Assembly (NCBI GenBank): GCA_963823665.1
Contig: CAWGMQ010000003.1
Coordinates: 832,001-896,000, forward strand
Direction of reading: 5' to 3'
Length of the DNA: 64,000 nt
DNA from: an uncultured Planctomycetota bacterium
GTDB lineage: Bacteria; Planctomycetota; Planctomycetia; Isosphaerales; Isosphaeraceae
Under the pieces are notes generated by a model. That model had not been told where the DNA came from. It was given only the letters and a program-made list of their open reading frames with translations, and did not search any database. Below, one piece after another: positions 28,547-39,822 of the stretch. Within the stretch, counting starts at the first letter, position 1; every line of letters begins with the position of its first letter. The position numbers and the translations under genes are program-made.

Positions 28547-30037
28547 ATGGGGGTAATGAAGTTCCGCCTCCCTCCGAACGAGTCGCTAGGTGGCGTACCC
28601 GATTTTCGCAAGGCGTACATCACCGGCCTGGATCGGACTCCGGGCAGACTTGCCGTTGAGCTTCGCAACGGGGTGATGACCTGCGCTCGAGACTCGACGG
28701 AGAGCGGCCGTCTCTTTGTGCCCTGGCCGATCGCGGGGTTCGGCATGCCGCTTGTGGGCACGGCCACGCTGGCCGAGCGTGTGGCGCCTTACACGCTGGC
28801 CGTCGAGCTTGCCCGGGGTAAGCTCAACGATATCCGGAACCAGCTCGCCGACTGGCTGCAACTCGGGCTGCGATCGACTCCCGAGCTGGACCGTGCGATG
28901 GGCGCGGCGCAAAGAGCGTTCGTCGTGGCCGCAACCACGTCAGACCGGCCTGAAGAATGCGTGCGGGCGGCTCAGGCTTCGCTGGATGCTTCGTCTGCCG
29001 CGGGCGATTTGCTGATGAACGCCTACACGTCGCAAATCCTGCAAAGCCGTCTGTCGGCGACCTCCCGTCTGCCCACTCATTTCGGCTGCGTCATCGAGGA
29101 GACTCCGCAGAAAGGCCCGGGGTCGCTCGACTGGACGGGCTGCTTCAACATGGCTCAGGTAAGGATCTCCTGGAAGGACATCGCTCCCTCCGAAGGGCAA
29201 TATCGCTGGGATGCTCTGGACTCGGTCCTCTCCTGGTCGCGGAAGTCCGGGCTCGCCGTCGAGGTGGGCCCGCTCGTTGAATTCCGCTACGGCGCGTTAC
29301 CGGACTGGCTCTCGCTCTGGGACGGAGACTGCGAGACGATCAGCGGCATTCTCAGCGACTTCATCCAGCAGGCGGTGACCCGATACCGGGGCCGGGTGCC
29401 GCTCTGGCACCTGGTTCACCGTCCCGCCAGCTCCGACATCCTCGGCTTGACGGAGGAAGAGCAGATCCGGATCACCGCCCGTGCCATTCAGGTCGCTCGC
29501 CAGGCAGACCCCGGGGCGCAGCTTTCAATCGGCATCGACCGCCCCTGGGCCGACTGGATGGGCTCGAGCCACTTCCAGCTCGGCCCCTTGCACCTCTGCG
29601 ACTATCTGCTCCGGGCGGATCTTGGGCTTTCCGCCGTCGCAGTCGAGGTCGCGCCGGGATATTCCTCGCCGGGAAGCCACATGCGCGACCTCTTCGAATT
29701 CTCCAAGCTGCTCGATCTCTATTCGCTCTTGAACGTTCCCCTCTGTATCTGGATGGCACTCCCTTCGGCCACAGGACCGGACCCGTTGGCCGATCCCGCA
29801 GTGCACGTGGAGAAAGAGCAATGGCCAGGCTCGCTCGACGAAAACCTGCAAGCGGCGTGGGGAGCCAAGTGGCTTGCGCTCGCGGTCTCCAAGCCGTTCG
29901 TTCGCACCGCAACCTGGCTCGAGCGCAGCGACGCCATCCCGCATCTCTACCCCCATGCCGGATTGCTGCGACCCGACCGCACTCCCAAGCCGCTGCTCTC
30001 GTGGATGCGCATGATGCGCGAGCAGACGCTGGCATGA
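28547..30037 (+). CDS. Conserved planctomycete GH10-like TIM-barrel protein
   Basis: LAVELARGKLN, WKDIAPSEGQYRW, LPDWL, VTRYRG and GLLRPDRTPKP motifs; lacks the usual WDVVNE (reads WHLVHR). Confidence 0.75.
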   Translation: MGVMKFRLPPNESLGGVPDFRKAYITGLDRTPGRLAVELRNGVMTCARDSTESGRLFVPWPIAGFGMPLVGTATLAERVAPYTLAVELARGKLNDIRNQLADWLQLGLRSTPELDRAMGAAQRAFVVAATTSDRPEECVRAAQASLDASSAAGDLLMNAYTSQILQSRLSATSRLPTHFGCVIEETPQKGPGSLDWTGCFNMAQVRISWKDIAPSEGQYRWDALDSVLSWSRKSGLAVEVGPLVEFRYGALPDWLSLWDGDCETISGILSDFIQQAVTRYRGRVPLWHLVHRPASSDILGLTEEEQIRITARAIQVARQADPGAQLSIGIDRPWADWMGSSHFQLGPLHLCDYLLRADLGLSAVAVEVAPGYSSPGSHMRDLFEFSKLLDLYSLLNVPLCIWMALPSATGPDPLADPAVHVEKEQWPGSLDENLQAAWGAKWLALAVSKPFVRTATWLERSDAIPHLYPHAGLLRPDRTPKPLLSWMRMMREQTLA

Positions 30038-30102
30038 AACCCCGGCCCGATCGAACTGCCCGAGCCGGGGGATGATCAAAAGCTGCGAGCCAGCGCGCTC
30101 CC

Positions 30103-30910
30103 TCACGTCGCCGGTGTGTTTCCGCGTGCGATTCGCCCGACCACTCGCTCGATCAGCTTCGCGAGCTCCGGCGCGGCTCGTTTGCCGGCTTCGAGCACCT
30201 CCTCGTGGGTGATTGGAGCATCCGACAACCCCGCAGCCACGTTCGATACCAGAGCAATTGCCAGCACTTCCATGCCAGAGTGACGCGCCACGATCGCTTC
30301 GGGCACCGTTGACATTCCCACCACGTCCGCCCCCAGCACCCGGAGCATCTTGATCTCGGCGGGCGTCTCGTAGCTGGGCCCGGACATGCAGGCGTACACG
30401 CCAGTCGCAAGATCGAGCCCGATGGCCTTTCCTTCCTCAAGCGCAATGGCACGCAGCCTGCTTTGAGTAAACCTCGCCCATATCCGGAAAATGCGTCCCG
30501 AGTCGTTCGTCGTTCGGGCCCCGAAGGGGGTTGGCACCGAGAAGGTTCAAGTGGTCGGCAAGCACCAAGAGACCTCCCGGGCGCAGACCCAGGCCGATGC
30601 CGCCGGTGGCCGCCGTCAAGATCAGCACCTTCACGCCGAGCTGCTGGACCACCCGAACCGGAAAGGTGACAGTTTCCAGGTCGTGACCCTCGTAGTAGTG
30701 GAACCGCCCCTGGAAGACGATCACGTCCTGCCCTGCAAGTTTGCCGCAGAGGACCTGCCCGGTGTGCCCGGCAACCCGGGTCACGGGGAAATGAGGAACT
30801 CCTCCGTACGGGACGACCCGGGCGTGCTCGACGCGGCCGGCGAGCTCGTTCAATCCCGACCCGAGCACGATCGCGGCCGCGGGGGTCTCTTCCAGAGAAG
30901 ATTGAATCAC
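30103..30910 (-). CDS. punA: Purine-nucleoside phosphorylase (one apparent frameshift near 30460)
   Basis: IVLGSGL, VAGHTG, QGRFHYYEG, GPSYETPAE, VGMSTVPE and HEEVL motifs across two frames. Confidence 0.88.
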
Positions 30911-30976
30911 TAGCGCCGCCTCTTGTGCCCGAGAAAAGACGTCGAGCGGGGCGTTCGAACCAGGGGCGTCTGCGTG

Positions 30977-32464
30977 TCATAAGAGGATTCCCGCGATGCA
31001 GGCGGAAAGGTAGTTCGCCATCGTTCCGGCGAAGAGGGCCCGCACGCCCAGCCGCGCCAGGTCGTGCCGCCGCTCGGGGGCCAGCGCGCCGATGCCGCCG
31101 AGCTGGATGCCGATCGAGCTGATATTGGCGAAGCCGCAAAGCGCGAAGCTGGCGATCACCGCCGAGCGATCGATCAGCATGCCGGTTCCCTTTGAGCGCA
31201 CCCAGGTCTTTGTAGGCAATCAGCTCGTTGAGCACCGTGCGCGTGCCCGAGCAGCTCGCCTACGGCCCGGCAGTCCTCCCAGGCCACGCCCAGCATGTAG
31301 GCGATCGGGGCCATCAGCGAGCCGATGATGTTCTGGAGCGAGAGCCCGAAATAGCTCAGCCCAAGGTTGACGAGCGCGACCAGCGCGAGGAACGAGATCA
31401 GCATCGCGGCGATGTTGAGCGCCAGGTGAAGCCCGTCGCGTGTGCCGCGTGCCGCGGCGTCGAGCATGTTCGCGTCGGTGCTGCTCTCCGCTTTAGGCGG
31501 CCGTTCCGTAAGTCTCGGGCGTTTCCGTCTCCGGCACCAGGATCTTCGAGAGCAAGATCGATCCCGGGGCCGTCATGATCACCGCCGTCAGGATATGCTT
31601 CGCCTCGATTCCGTAGCCGATATAGGCGGCCATCACACCGCCGGAAACATGGGCCATTCCCGACGTCATCACCGTGAGCAGCTCGGATCGGGTCAGCCGC
31701 GCCAGATACGGACGAATCGTCAGCGGCGCCTCGGTCTGCCCCAGGAAGAGCGAGGCCCCGACGTTCAGGGATTCAGCACCGCTTGTGCCCATCAGCTTCG
31801 CCATCACGATGGCGAAGCCGCGCACCACCCACTGCATCACGCCCAGGTGGTACAACACGGCGAAAAGCGCCGCGACGAAAATCACCGTCGGCAAAACGCG
31901 GAACGCGAAGACGAAGCCGAGCGGTCCATCGGGTTTGACCGCTTGATCGCCGAACACGAACGCCGCCCCCGTCACCGCGCAGTCGAGGATTCATTGTGAC
32001 GACGGTCCCCGCCTCGGCAAAGAGCTTCGCACCGGCCGGCACTCGGAGCACAAGAATGGCGAGCCCCCACTGTAACGCCAGGCCCCAGAAAACCACACGT
32101 CGCGAAATGGCGCGACGGTTGTCCGAAAGAAAAACCGCCACGGCCAGGATCATGATCATTCCCACGAAACCGCGCATGCGATCGAACAAGTCCAGGAAGT
32201 CGAACGATTCGGGCACCGAAAAGTCCTGCGACCAGGGGCCGATGCTCAATCGATAAGTCCGCCGCGCTTCGTCCAGTTCACCCGCCGGCGCGGGCTCGCG
32301 CTCGCCTTTTGTCTTCACGGCGGGATTCCGCGCTGTCGCGCCTGCGCCGAGACCTGCTCGGCGCTGTCGACTCCGCCTCGCTCGAGGGCCCAGGCTGCCG
32401 CGCTACAGGCTGTGAGCGACACCGCTACGGCGATCAGCACGCGAATCGTATGCTTTTTGGGCAT
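30977..32464 (-). CDS. nupC: NupC/CNT nucleoside transporter with N-terminal extension (several apparent frameshifts)
   Basis: [37 protein letters not shown] and [20 protein letters not shown] motifs spread over several ORF pieces. Confidence 0.85.
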
Positions 32465-32504
32465 CCTGGATAACCTTTACGCGGGCCGATAGATCAAACA
32501 TTGC

Positions 32505-33864
32505 TCATGCTGAGTTTCGCGAGCGCGACCCTTCCGGGGAGGCGGCGATACGCTCGACGACTAATGACGGCTGTTCCACCGGCCGCGGTCCGATCTGGAA
32601 GGCTCCCTGGAAGAGAGCAAGCGCCTCTTCGAGCCGGGATTCGTCGTTGACAAGCACGGTGCAGAGCGATTCGCCTGCTCGAACCTCCGAGCCGGACTTC
32701 TTGTGCAGGATCACGCCGACGGCCGGGTCGATCGCGCTGTCCATGCGGGCCCGGCCCGCACCCAGCAGCATGGTCGCGTGCCCCACCGGCCGCGCCTCGA
32801 GCGATTTGAACGAACCCGCTCGCGCCGGCTTTGACCTCAACCTTCCGTCGAGCCGCCGGGAGGCGTGCAGGGTCGTCAACGGCTCGTGGATCGCCACCCT
32901 GGGCCTGCACGAGGCTCCGGAACCGGTCCAGGGCCGATCCGTCGCTGATCGTCTGCTGGCACAGCGTGCGTGCCTGCGCCAGTGTGTCAGCCTTGCCCGC
33001 CAGCAAGACCATTTCGGCCGCCAGCTCGAGCGAAAGGCTCATGAGGTCGCTCGCCAGGGCACCGAGCCGGCAACGTCGCCTCTCAAGCATTCGATGCACT
33101 CGGCGACCTCGACGGCATTGCCCACCGCGCAGCCCAAGGGCTCGTCCATCCGCGTGATCAGGGCGACCATGTCTTTTCCCAGTCCCTGGCCGATTGCGCA
33201 CATGGCCTGCGCCAGAGCCCGCGAATCGTCCAGACGCTGCATGAAGGCGCCTTCGCCGGTCTTCACGTCGAGCACGAGGCCGTCGATCCCCTCAGCCAGC
33301 TTCTTGGACATGATCGACGCGGCGATCAGGGGAATCGACTCGACGGTGGCCGTTGTGTCTCGCAGGGCATAGAGAAACTTGTCCGCCGGCGCGATCTCAC
33401 GCGTCTGGCCGATCATCACCAGATCCGCACTTGGCGAGCACTTCTTGATACCGGTCGAGATCAAGGTCGACGCGAAATCCGGGAATCGACTCGAGTTTGT
33501 CGAGGGTGCCGCCGGTATGCCCCAGACCTCGTCCGGAGACCATCGGCACGCTCACGCCGGCGGCGGCGGCAACCGGAGCGAGAATGAGCGAGGTCTTGTC
33601 GCCGACCCCACCGGTGCTGTGCTTGTCGATCTTGCGCCCGGGAATGTGGGAAAGGTCGATCACTCGCCCCGATCGAATCATCGCGTCGGTGAGCGCAGCA
33701 GTCTCGGTCTCGTTCATGCCGCGCCAGAAGATCGCCATCAGGAGGGCGGCCCACTGATAGTCGGCAACTTCACCGGACGCACTCCCGGAGACCATGGCTT
33801 CGATCTCACCGGGAGAGAGTGTTTCTCCATCGCGCTTCTTGCGAATGATGTCGACGGCTCTCAT
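32505..33864 (-). CDS. pdp: Pyrimidine-nucleoside/thymidine phosphorylase (several apparent frameshifts)
   Basis: [43 protein letters not shown] and LGAGR...IDPAVG motifs. Confidence 0.9.
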
Positions 33865-34493
33865 CGATCCTCTGTTCCGAACTGACGGTCGCCGGCGTCA
33901 CCCAGGCCGGGATAAATGAACCCACGCTCGTTCAAGCGCTCGTCCACGGCGCCGACGTAAATCTGCACGTCGGGCATGACGCGGGCCATGAGGGCGATGC
34001 CCTCGGGAGCCGCGATCAACGACAGCAGCTTGAGCCGCGGCACGCCGGCGCTCTTGATGATCTCGCAGGCGTGAACCGCCGAGCCGCCGGTGGCGAGCAT
34101 CGGGTCGACGAGCAGGGCCACCGTCACGCGGCGGCCAGCCGGCAGCTTGTTGTAATACTCCTTGGGCATGAGGGTGGCCTCGTCCCGGTAGAGGCCGAGA
34201 TGCCAGACTTCGGCTTCCGGCAAGAGCTCCATGACCGCCTCGGCCATTCCCAGCCCGGCCCGCAGGATCGGAAAGATGCCTACCGAATCTTTGAGCATGC
34301 GGCACCGGGCTCTTGCCAGCGGCGTCGTCACCTCGGTTTCGACGACAGGCAAGTCGAGCATCGCCTCGTGCGCGAGCAGAAGCGCCAGCGTGCGCACCGC
34401 CCGGCGAAAATCCGCCGGCTGCGTGCACTCGTCGCGGAGCGTCGCCAGCTTGTGCTGCAAAAGCGGGTGCGAGGAAACGACGACGTTCGACAA
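33861..34493 (-). CDS. upp: Uracil phosphoribosyltransferase
   Basis: [26 protein letters not shown] and [13 protein letters not shown] motifs; TTG start after GAGG. Confidence 0.95.
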   Translation of the reverse strand: MSNVVVSSHPLLQHKLATLRDECTQPADFRRAVRTLALLLAHEAMLDLPVVETEVTTPLARARCRMLKDSVGIFPILRAGLGMAEAVMELLPEAEVWHLGLYRDEATLMPKEYYNKLPAGRRVTVALLVDPMLATGGSAVHACEIIKSAGVPRLKLLSLIAAPEGIALMARVMPDVQIYVGAVDERLNERGFIYPGLGDAGDRQFGTEDR

Positions 34494-34829
34494 CGAGCGG
34501 TCCTCTCCGAGACGGATTCTCGAGCGGCGTTCTAGCCCGACCTTGCGCGGCTCACTGCCACGCGTTCCGGGACAGAATGTCCCAGAATCGAGGCCGATCT
34601 CCTGATCCGAGCCGGGGATATGGTACACCAGGCGAAGCCTCGCGGCAAATGGCCTGATCCGCGATCACTCGAGTCGTCCTTTCGCACTAGGCAGCCAACG
34701 ACTTACGTACGGACACGGCGCCTGCCGCTGCGCGGCTAGTCTTGTCGAATCGCGCATTGCATCCTACACTGGCCTGCGTGCGAGAGGAGGCGGGGAACGC
34801 CTTCCCGGGGTCCTTTCGTCGTTTCAAGG

Positions 34830-35828
34830 ATGGCGCAAACGATGGCGGTTCAATTCGCGGTGCTCGCCAGCGGGTCTCGAGGAAATTCCACGTTGATTTG
34901 CGGCAAAGGAGCTGGGCTTCTCATCGATGTGGGAGTCGGGCCCAAGATTCTGGGCGAACGCCTCGAAAGTGTCGGTTCGAGCTGGTCGCGGATCGCCGCG
35001 GTCGTGCTCACGCACACCCACGCCGATCATGTCGACTCGGCCACTTTCAGCGAGCTCGCCCGCCGCGGGGTGACCGTGCACTGCCATGACGGCCATCGCC
35101 AGGCCCTGGCCCAGGACCCCGGTTTCAAAAAACTCGAGCAGAGCGGCGCGGTCCGCTGCTATGACGACCACCCTTTCCTCGTATCGAACGGGCTGCGCCT
35201 CGAGCCGATCGAAGTGCCGCATGATGGCGGCCCGACATTCGGTTTTCGCATCGAAGCCTCCTCCGAGCGCCGCGAGCCGCCGGTCGGCATCGGCTATCTG
35301 GCCGATTGCGGCTGCTGGTCGCCAACGATCGCCGAGAGCCTCGCCGGAGTTGACCTGATCGGCCTGGAATTCAACCACGACGTGGCCTTGCAGAAATCGT
35401 CCCGCCGGCCGGACTTTCTGATCGAACGAAACCTGAGCGATTCCGGACATCTCTCGAACGCCCAGGCCGCGGAGCTGCTCCAGGCGATTCTCGAGCGCTC
35501 GCACGAGGGAGCCCCGCGGCACGTGGTGCTGCTGCACTTGAGCGAAGATTGCAATCAAGCCGAGCTGGCGCTCGAGACCGCGCATGCGGCCATCGAAAGC
35601 TCCGGCCGCGAGGCACAGGTGCATATCGGCCGCCAATCGGTCGCCTCGCCCAGCATCTTGATCAGCGCCGGTCGCGGGCGAGGACGCGGATTCGGTCTGG
35701 CCGCCGGCGCACCACCGACGGCGCGCGTCCGAAAACGCCCCGCACAGAAGAGCGGCATGCCCGGTCCGTCCGGTCTCCTGCGCCTGGATCCGGAGCCTGA
35801 CCAGGAAAGCTTCGCCGCGGAGATCTAG
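34830..35828 (+). CDS. MBL-fold metallo-hydrolase (YycJ/WalJ-like)
   Basis: LASGSRGN, THTHADH, PHD, LEFNHD, GHLSN and LHLSEDCN motifs. Confidence 0.9.
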   Translation: MAQTMAVQFAVLASGSRGNSTLICGKGAGLLIDVGVGPKILGERLESVGSSWSRIAAVVLTHTHADHVDSATFSELARRGVTVHCHDGHRQALAQDPGFKKLEQSGAVRCYDDHPFLVSNGLRLEPIEVPHDGGPTFGFRIEASSERREPPVGIGYLADCGCWSPTIAESLAGVDLIGLEFNHDVALQKSSRRPDFLIERNLSDSGHLSNAQAAELLQAILERSHEGAPRHVVLLHLSEDCNQAELALETAHAAIESSGREAQVHIGRQSVASPSILISAGRGRGRGFGLAAGAPPTARVRKRPAQKSGMPGPSGLLRLDPEPDQESFAAEI

Positions 35829-35833
35829 CGATC

Positions 35834-36598
35834 GTGGCGCATTATTTCGCGAGCGACGTGCACTTGCGATTCGATCGACCGGATCGCGACCGGCGATTCA
35901 GCCAGTGGCTTACCTCCTTGACACCCGACGACGCTCTCCTCCTCGCCGGTGATCTCTGCGATTTCTGGATGGCCGCCCGGTACGGCCCGCCCGACCTGAT
36001 GCGCTCCGAAAGTCTCGCGCGCCTGGCCGAATTCCGGCGCCGCGGCGGTAGCCTTTCGATCATGCCGGGCAATCACGACGCCTGGCTCTGCCCGTTTTAC
36101 GCGAGCGAGCTGGGCGCGAAGATCGTCCCCGATCCCTTCGACATCACCGTTGCCGGACTGCGCCTGCGCATCGTGCACGGCCATCAGCTCGGAGCCAGGC
36201 GGGCCTGGAAGGCACTTCTGGAAAGCCGTTCGTTCTTCAGAGCCTTCGGCCATGTGCCCTTGACCCCCGCCCGCTTCCTCGACACCCTCCTCGCGCGGAA
36301 CAACGACCGGAAGCTCCTTTCCGACGAGGAACGGCACCTGCAAGTCTACCGCACCTACGCGTCCAGACTCCGCGGAACGACAGACCTGGTGATGATCGGC
36401 CACGTGCATCGGGCGGTCGACGACTCCCGGAACGACCCGCGCTTGATCGTTCTCGGAGGTTGGCAGGCGAGATCCAGCTATCTCAAGGTCGATGAAAGAG
36501 GTGCTACTTTTCACGTGATTGAGGATCGCGACCCGCACTGCCCACCAAACCCCCTTTCGAGCACCGCCAGCGCAAGCCCACAAGGCCAGGTTTCATGA
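35834..36598 (+). CDS. Calcineurin-like metallophosphoesterase, LpxH-like
   Basis: SDVHL, GDLCDFW, GNHD, HGH and GHVH motifs. Confidence 0.82.
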   Translation: MAHYFASDVHLRFDRPDRDRRFSQWLTSLTPDDALLLAGDLCDFWMAARYGPPDLMRSESLARLAEFRRRGGSLSIMPGNHDAWLCPFYASELGAKIVPDPFDITVAGLRLRIVHGHQLGARRAWKALLESRSFFRAFGHVPLTPARFLDTLLARNNDRKLLSDEERHLQVYRTYASRLRGTTDLVMIGHVHRAVDDSRNDPRLIVLGGWQARSSYLKVDERGATFHVIEDRDPHCPPNPLSSTASASPQGQVS

Positions 36599-37230
36599 AG
36601 ATTGATCATCACATTCATACTGCACGTCATTCCCCCGATAGCTCGATCCGTCCGGCGCACCTCGTTGAACGTGCGTGCGGCATCGGTCTTGATGGAGTTG
36701 TGATCACCGAGCACGACTACCAGTGGCAGGACGACGAGCTTGCCGATCTGGCGGAGGGTGCGCCCTCGCTGCGTGTCTTTTCGGGCGCCGAGATCTCGGC
36801 CCGCGAGGGCCACTTCCTGGTCTACGGCCTGCCTTCTCTCGACGAGACGCCACCGGGGATTCTCGTCAAGGATTTGATCGCAGTCGTTCGCCGGCATGAG
36901 GCCGCGATCGTGGCGGCCCACCCGTTCCGGTGGGACCAGCCGTTTGACGAGATCATCGAGGAAAATGGCCCGCAGTTCGACGCCCTTGAGCTCGTGAGCA
37001 ACAACATCGACCGGCACACACGCGCCAAGACCCGCGCACTCTTGAACAAGTTTCCCATGGGTGCGACCGGCTCGAGCGATGCGCACGAAATCGACGTGGT
37101 AGGCTGTTACTTCACCGAGTTTCCCGGCCGGATCGAAACGATGGCGGAATTCGTCACGGCGATTCGGAATCGCCAGGGACGGCCTGGAAACCGTGCGGGG
37201 GTGTTCCTTTCGAGCGGGCCGGTTGATTGA
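36595..37230 (+). CDS. PHP domain protein
   Basis: DHHIHT, ITEHD, GAEIS, AHPFR and GSSDAH motifs. Confidence 0.9.
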   Translation: MKIDHHIHTARHSPDSSIRPAHLVERACGIGLDGVVITEHDYQWQDDELADLAEGAPSLRVFSGAEISAREGHFLVYGLPSLDETPPGILVKDLIAVVRRHEAAIVAAHPFRWDQPFDEIIEENGPQFDALELVSNNIDRHTRAKTRALLNKFPMGATGSSDAHEIDVVGCYFTEFPGRIETMAEFVTAIRNRQGRPGNRAGVFLSSGPVD

Positions 37231-37363
37231 GTGGCTGGATTCCGGTTCAATTCGTTGATGAATTCAGCGATGAACCCGCCCCCGCCGCATCCGGAATCTG
37301 CCAGCCTGTTCGTCGTATACTGGCAATCGACAAATCTCGCTTGCAAATCCGGAGGAGGCCCAT

Positions 37364-37849
37364 ATGCCCGCCGCGAAGCCGGACCGACGAACGAAGCCGG
37401 CGTCCGTTGCACCCACCGGTCCCGCGCGACGAAACCGAGCCAAACCGAAATCACCGGCGGCTCGCTTTTCAATTTCCGCAACCATCAAAAGCAGGACCGA
37501 GTCCGGCGCGCCGGAGGTTACGGCGTCGGCCCGATTCGTTTCGGAGGTCCGGCCCGGCCTGAGCGTGACCCGCGAGTTCTTTGCGCGGATGACTGGCTTC
37601 TCGATCCGGGCAATCTCAGGTTGGGAAGCGGGTCGTCCGCTCAGCGAGACGGCATTGCGCCGCGTCAAGGAGATGAAACGACTCCGCGACGCCTTGGCCG
37701 ATGGACTGGATCCCAGATTCATTGCGCGGTGGCTGGATTCGCCGTGTGATGGCCTGGCCGGCTTGAAGCCGGTGGAAGTTCTCGAGCGCGGCGAAGTCGA
37801 CCGCCTCTGGCGAACCGTCTTCTTGATCGGCTCCGGCATGCCCGCCTGA
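37364..37849 (+). CDS. HTH plus Xre/MbcA/ParS-like C-terminal domain (antitoxin-like), with no adjacent toxin
   Basis: HTH TREFFARMTGFSIRAISGWEAG; RWLDSPCDGLAGLKPVEVLERGE; GGAGG RBS. Confidence 0.7.
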   Translation: MPAAKPDRRTKPASVAPTGPARRNRAKPKSPAARFSISATIKSRTESGAPEVTASARFVSEVRPGLSVTREFFARMTGFSIRAISGWEAGRPLSETALRRVKEMKRLRDALADGLDPRFIARWLDSPCDGLAGLKPVEVLERGEVDRLWRTVFLIGSGMPA

Positions 37850-37856
37850 GAGCCCA

Positions 37857-38452
37857 CTATTCCCCAACAAACGATCCTTCCCCCAGGATTGCCTGAAGGT
37901 GATGGCGGCGCTTTGCCCACGATTTGTCGTCAAGCACCGGGACGACTCCGCTCGTCGCGAGAGGCTCTTCCAGCTTGACCCAGGTCTTGCAGCCTGCATA
38001 TTCCGCCATCATCGGCATCTCGAAACCCGGCTCGTGGCGCCACACCCGGGCACCCAGAACCCACAGGCCCGGCTTCCGGTAATGAAACCGCTTGAGCACT
38101 GTCTCGGCTGTCAGGATGTGATGGTCTTCCAGCGCCGGAAGTCGTTGCTCGCTTTCAAGATAGCCCATAAGATCAACGCGGATCAGGCCCTCGACGGGAA
38201 CCGTGCCATCGCACGGCTGCGCAGCCGGCCGTCGGGCACCCAAGTGACTTTCTCGCACGCCTTGCTCGGCCTGGTGAACCCATGTCGGGTACAGCCAGAA
38301 CTCCGAATGCTCAGGCACGAATGTGCCGGGTGCTGGCCCTCGCTGATCCCTCCCTTGCGCAAGATGATCGTCTGCCGGCCGGCCAGCAAGGCGTCGCAAA
38401 CGCTGGCCCATTCCTTGAAGGCTATCGCGCAAGATTCGCCGCTCCGGCTCAT
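37857..38452 (-). CDS. DUF1802 family protein (apparent frameshift near 38330)
   Basis: AFKEWASVCDAL..GRQTIILRKGGISE, FWLYPTWVHQ and YAGCKTWV motifs. Confidence 0.85.
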
Positions 38453-39446
38453 GATGGCGACTCCACCTTGGCGCGCGCACCATCAGGTCGCCCACCGCCG
38501 CCCGGGGCGACTTGCCCTCGAACAGCACCTGATAAAGCTCGGCGGTGATCGGCATCTCGACGCCGCGCTCCTGCGCCAGCGAGTGCACGCTACGAGTTGT
38601 TGGCACACCTTCGGCGACGTTGACCATGCTCGCCAGCACGCGCTCGACTGCTTCGCCGCGGCCGATTCGCTCGCCGACGAATCTGTTCCGCCCGAACGGG
38701 CTATAACAAGTCGTCACGACGTCACCCACGCCGGCAAGTCCGTAGAACGTCTCCAGCCGTGCCCCAAGCTCAACGCCGAGCCGGGCGATCTCCACCAGCC
38801 CGCGGGTGAGGAGTGCCGCCTTGCCGTTATCGCCGATCTCGAGCCCGTCGCAGATGCCTGCGGCGATCCCCAGAATATTCTTGAGCGCACCCGCGAGCTC
38901 CACACCCAGCGGGTCCGTGCTGGTGTAGACTCGAAACGCCTCATGGCTCAAAGCGTCTCGCACGCGATCGTTCAGCGATTGCGTCTCGCCGGAGACGACC
39001 ACCGAAGCCGGCAAGCCTCGCGCCAGCTCTTCGGCATGGCTGGGCCCGGAAAGCACGGCGATCGCCCGGCGACCGAGCGTCTGCTCGATGATCTGGCTCG
39101 GCCGGGCGAACGACCCATACTCGATGCCCTTCACCACGCTCAGAACGGGTGTTTCCGCCGGAAGCTCTGCGGCCAGCACCTCGAGCGTTGTGCGCAGGTA
39201 GGAGGTCGGCACGGCCGCCACCATCAGATCGGCCCCAGCCGCGGCGTCCGCCGCACGCGACGTCACCAGGACGCCATCAGGCAGAGCCACCCCCGGCAGG
39301 TGGCGCGCATTGATCCGCGTGCGCACCAGTGCTTCGGCATGCTCGCGATCACGAGACCAGAGCCGGACGTCGCCGATAGTCCGCTTGAACAAGAGCGCAA
39401 GGGCCGTGCCCATGCCACCCGCACCCAGGATCGCCACCCGATTCAT
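38449..39446 (-). CDS. gpsA: NAD(P)H-dependent glycerol-3-phosphate dehydrogenase (apparent frameshift in the last codons)
   Basis: GAGGMGTALA, KGIE, LSGPSHAEE, GVELAGALKN, GLAGVGD, GRNR and AEGV motifs. Confidence 0.93.
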
Positions 39447-39822
39447 CAGCGCGCCACCAACAGGATCGCTGCTTTCGCCCAGCACAAGTTCCGGTCTTGT
39501 ACGTGCGACTGTTTCCAGGCGAATTCGCGATCACGCCCATTATACGCTCTGATGGGCCGAGGGGTGTGGAGCATGCCATGTGCCGCGCGCAATGCCTTAC
39601 GCCGTAACTACATTCGTCGCCCGAATGCATTCATTCAAGCGCGGTCTGATCAGGCGTGGAAGCCAATCCGAGTTCGCGCCGGAGGGTCGCAGGGCTATGA
39701 TGAGGGGAGGACGATCGACGACGTTCCGCGGTACTCCCGTCAGTTATCCTATCGTAATTTAATGGTGAGAGCGGCGTATCGCCGGGCTGCGATTGCGTCG
39801 CATGGGTTTTTCGGAGGTCTGC

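Noticed and set aside
30103..33864. Programmed frameshifting or phase variation in the nucleoside salvage operon
   Set aside because: No consistent slippery sites or repeat tracts at the shifts, and similar indels occur in many unrelated genes
37857..39485. 542-aa apparent GpsA-DUF1802 fusion ORF
   Set aside because: Explained by two compensating frameshifts; a normal stop/start overlap (ATGA) at 38449-38452 separates the genes, and the DUF1802 N-terminus is in another frame
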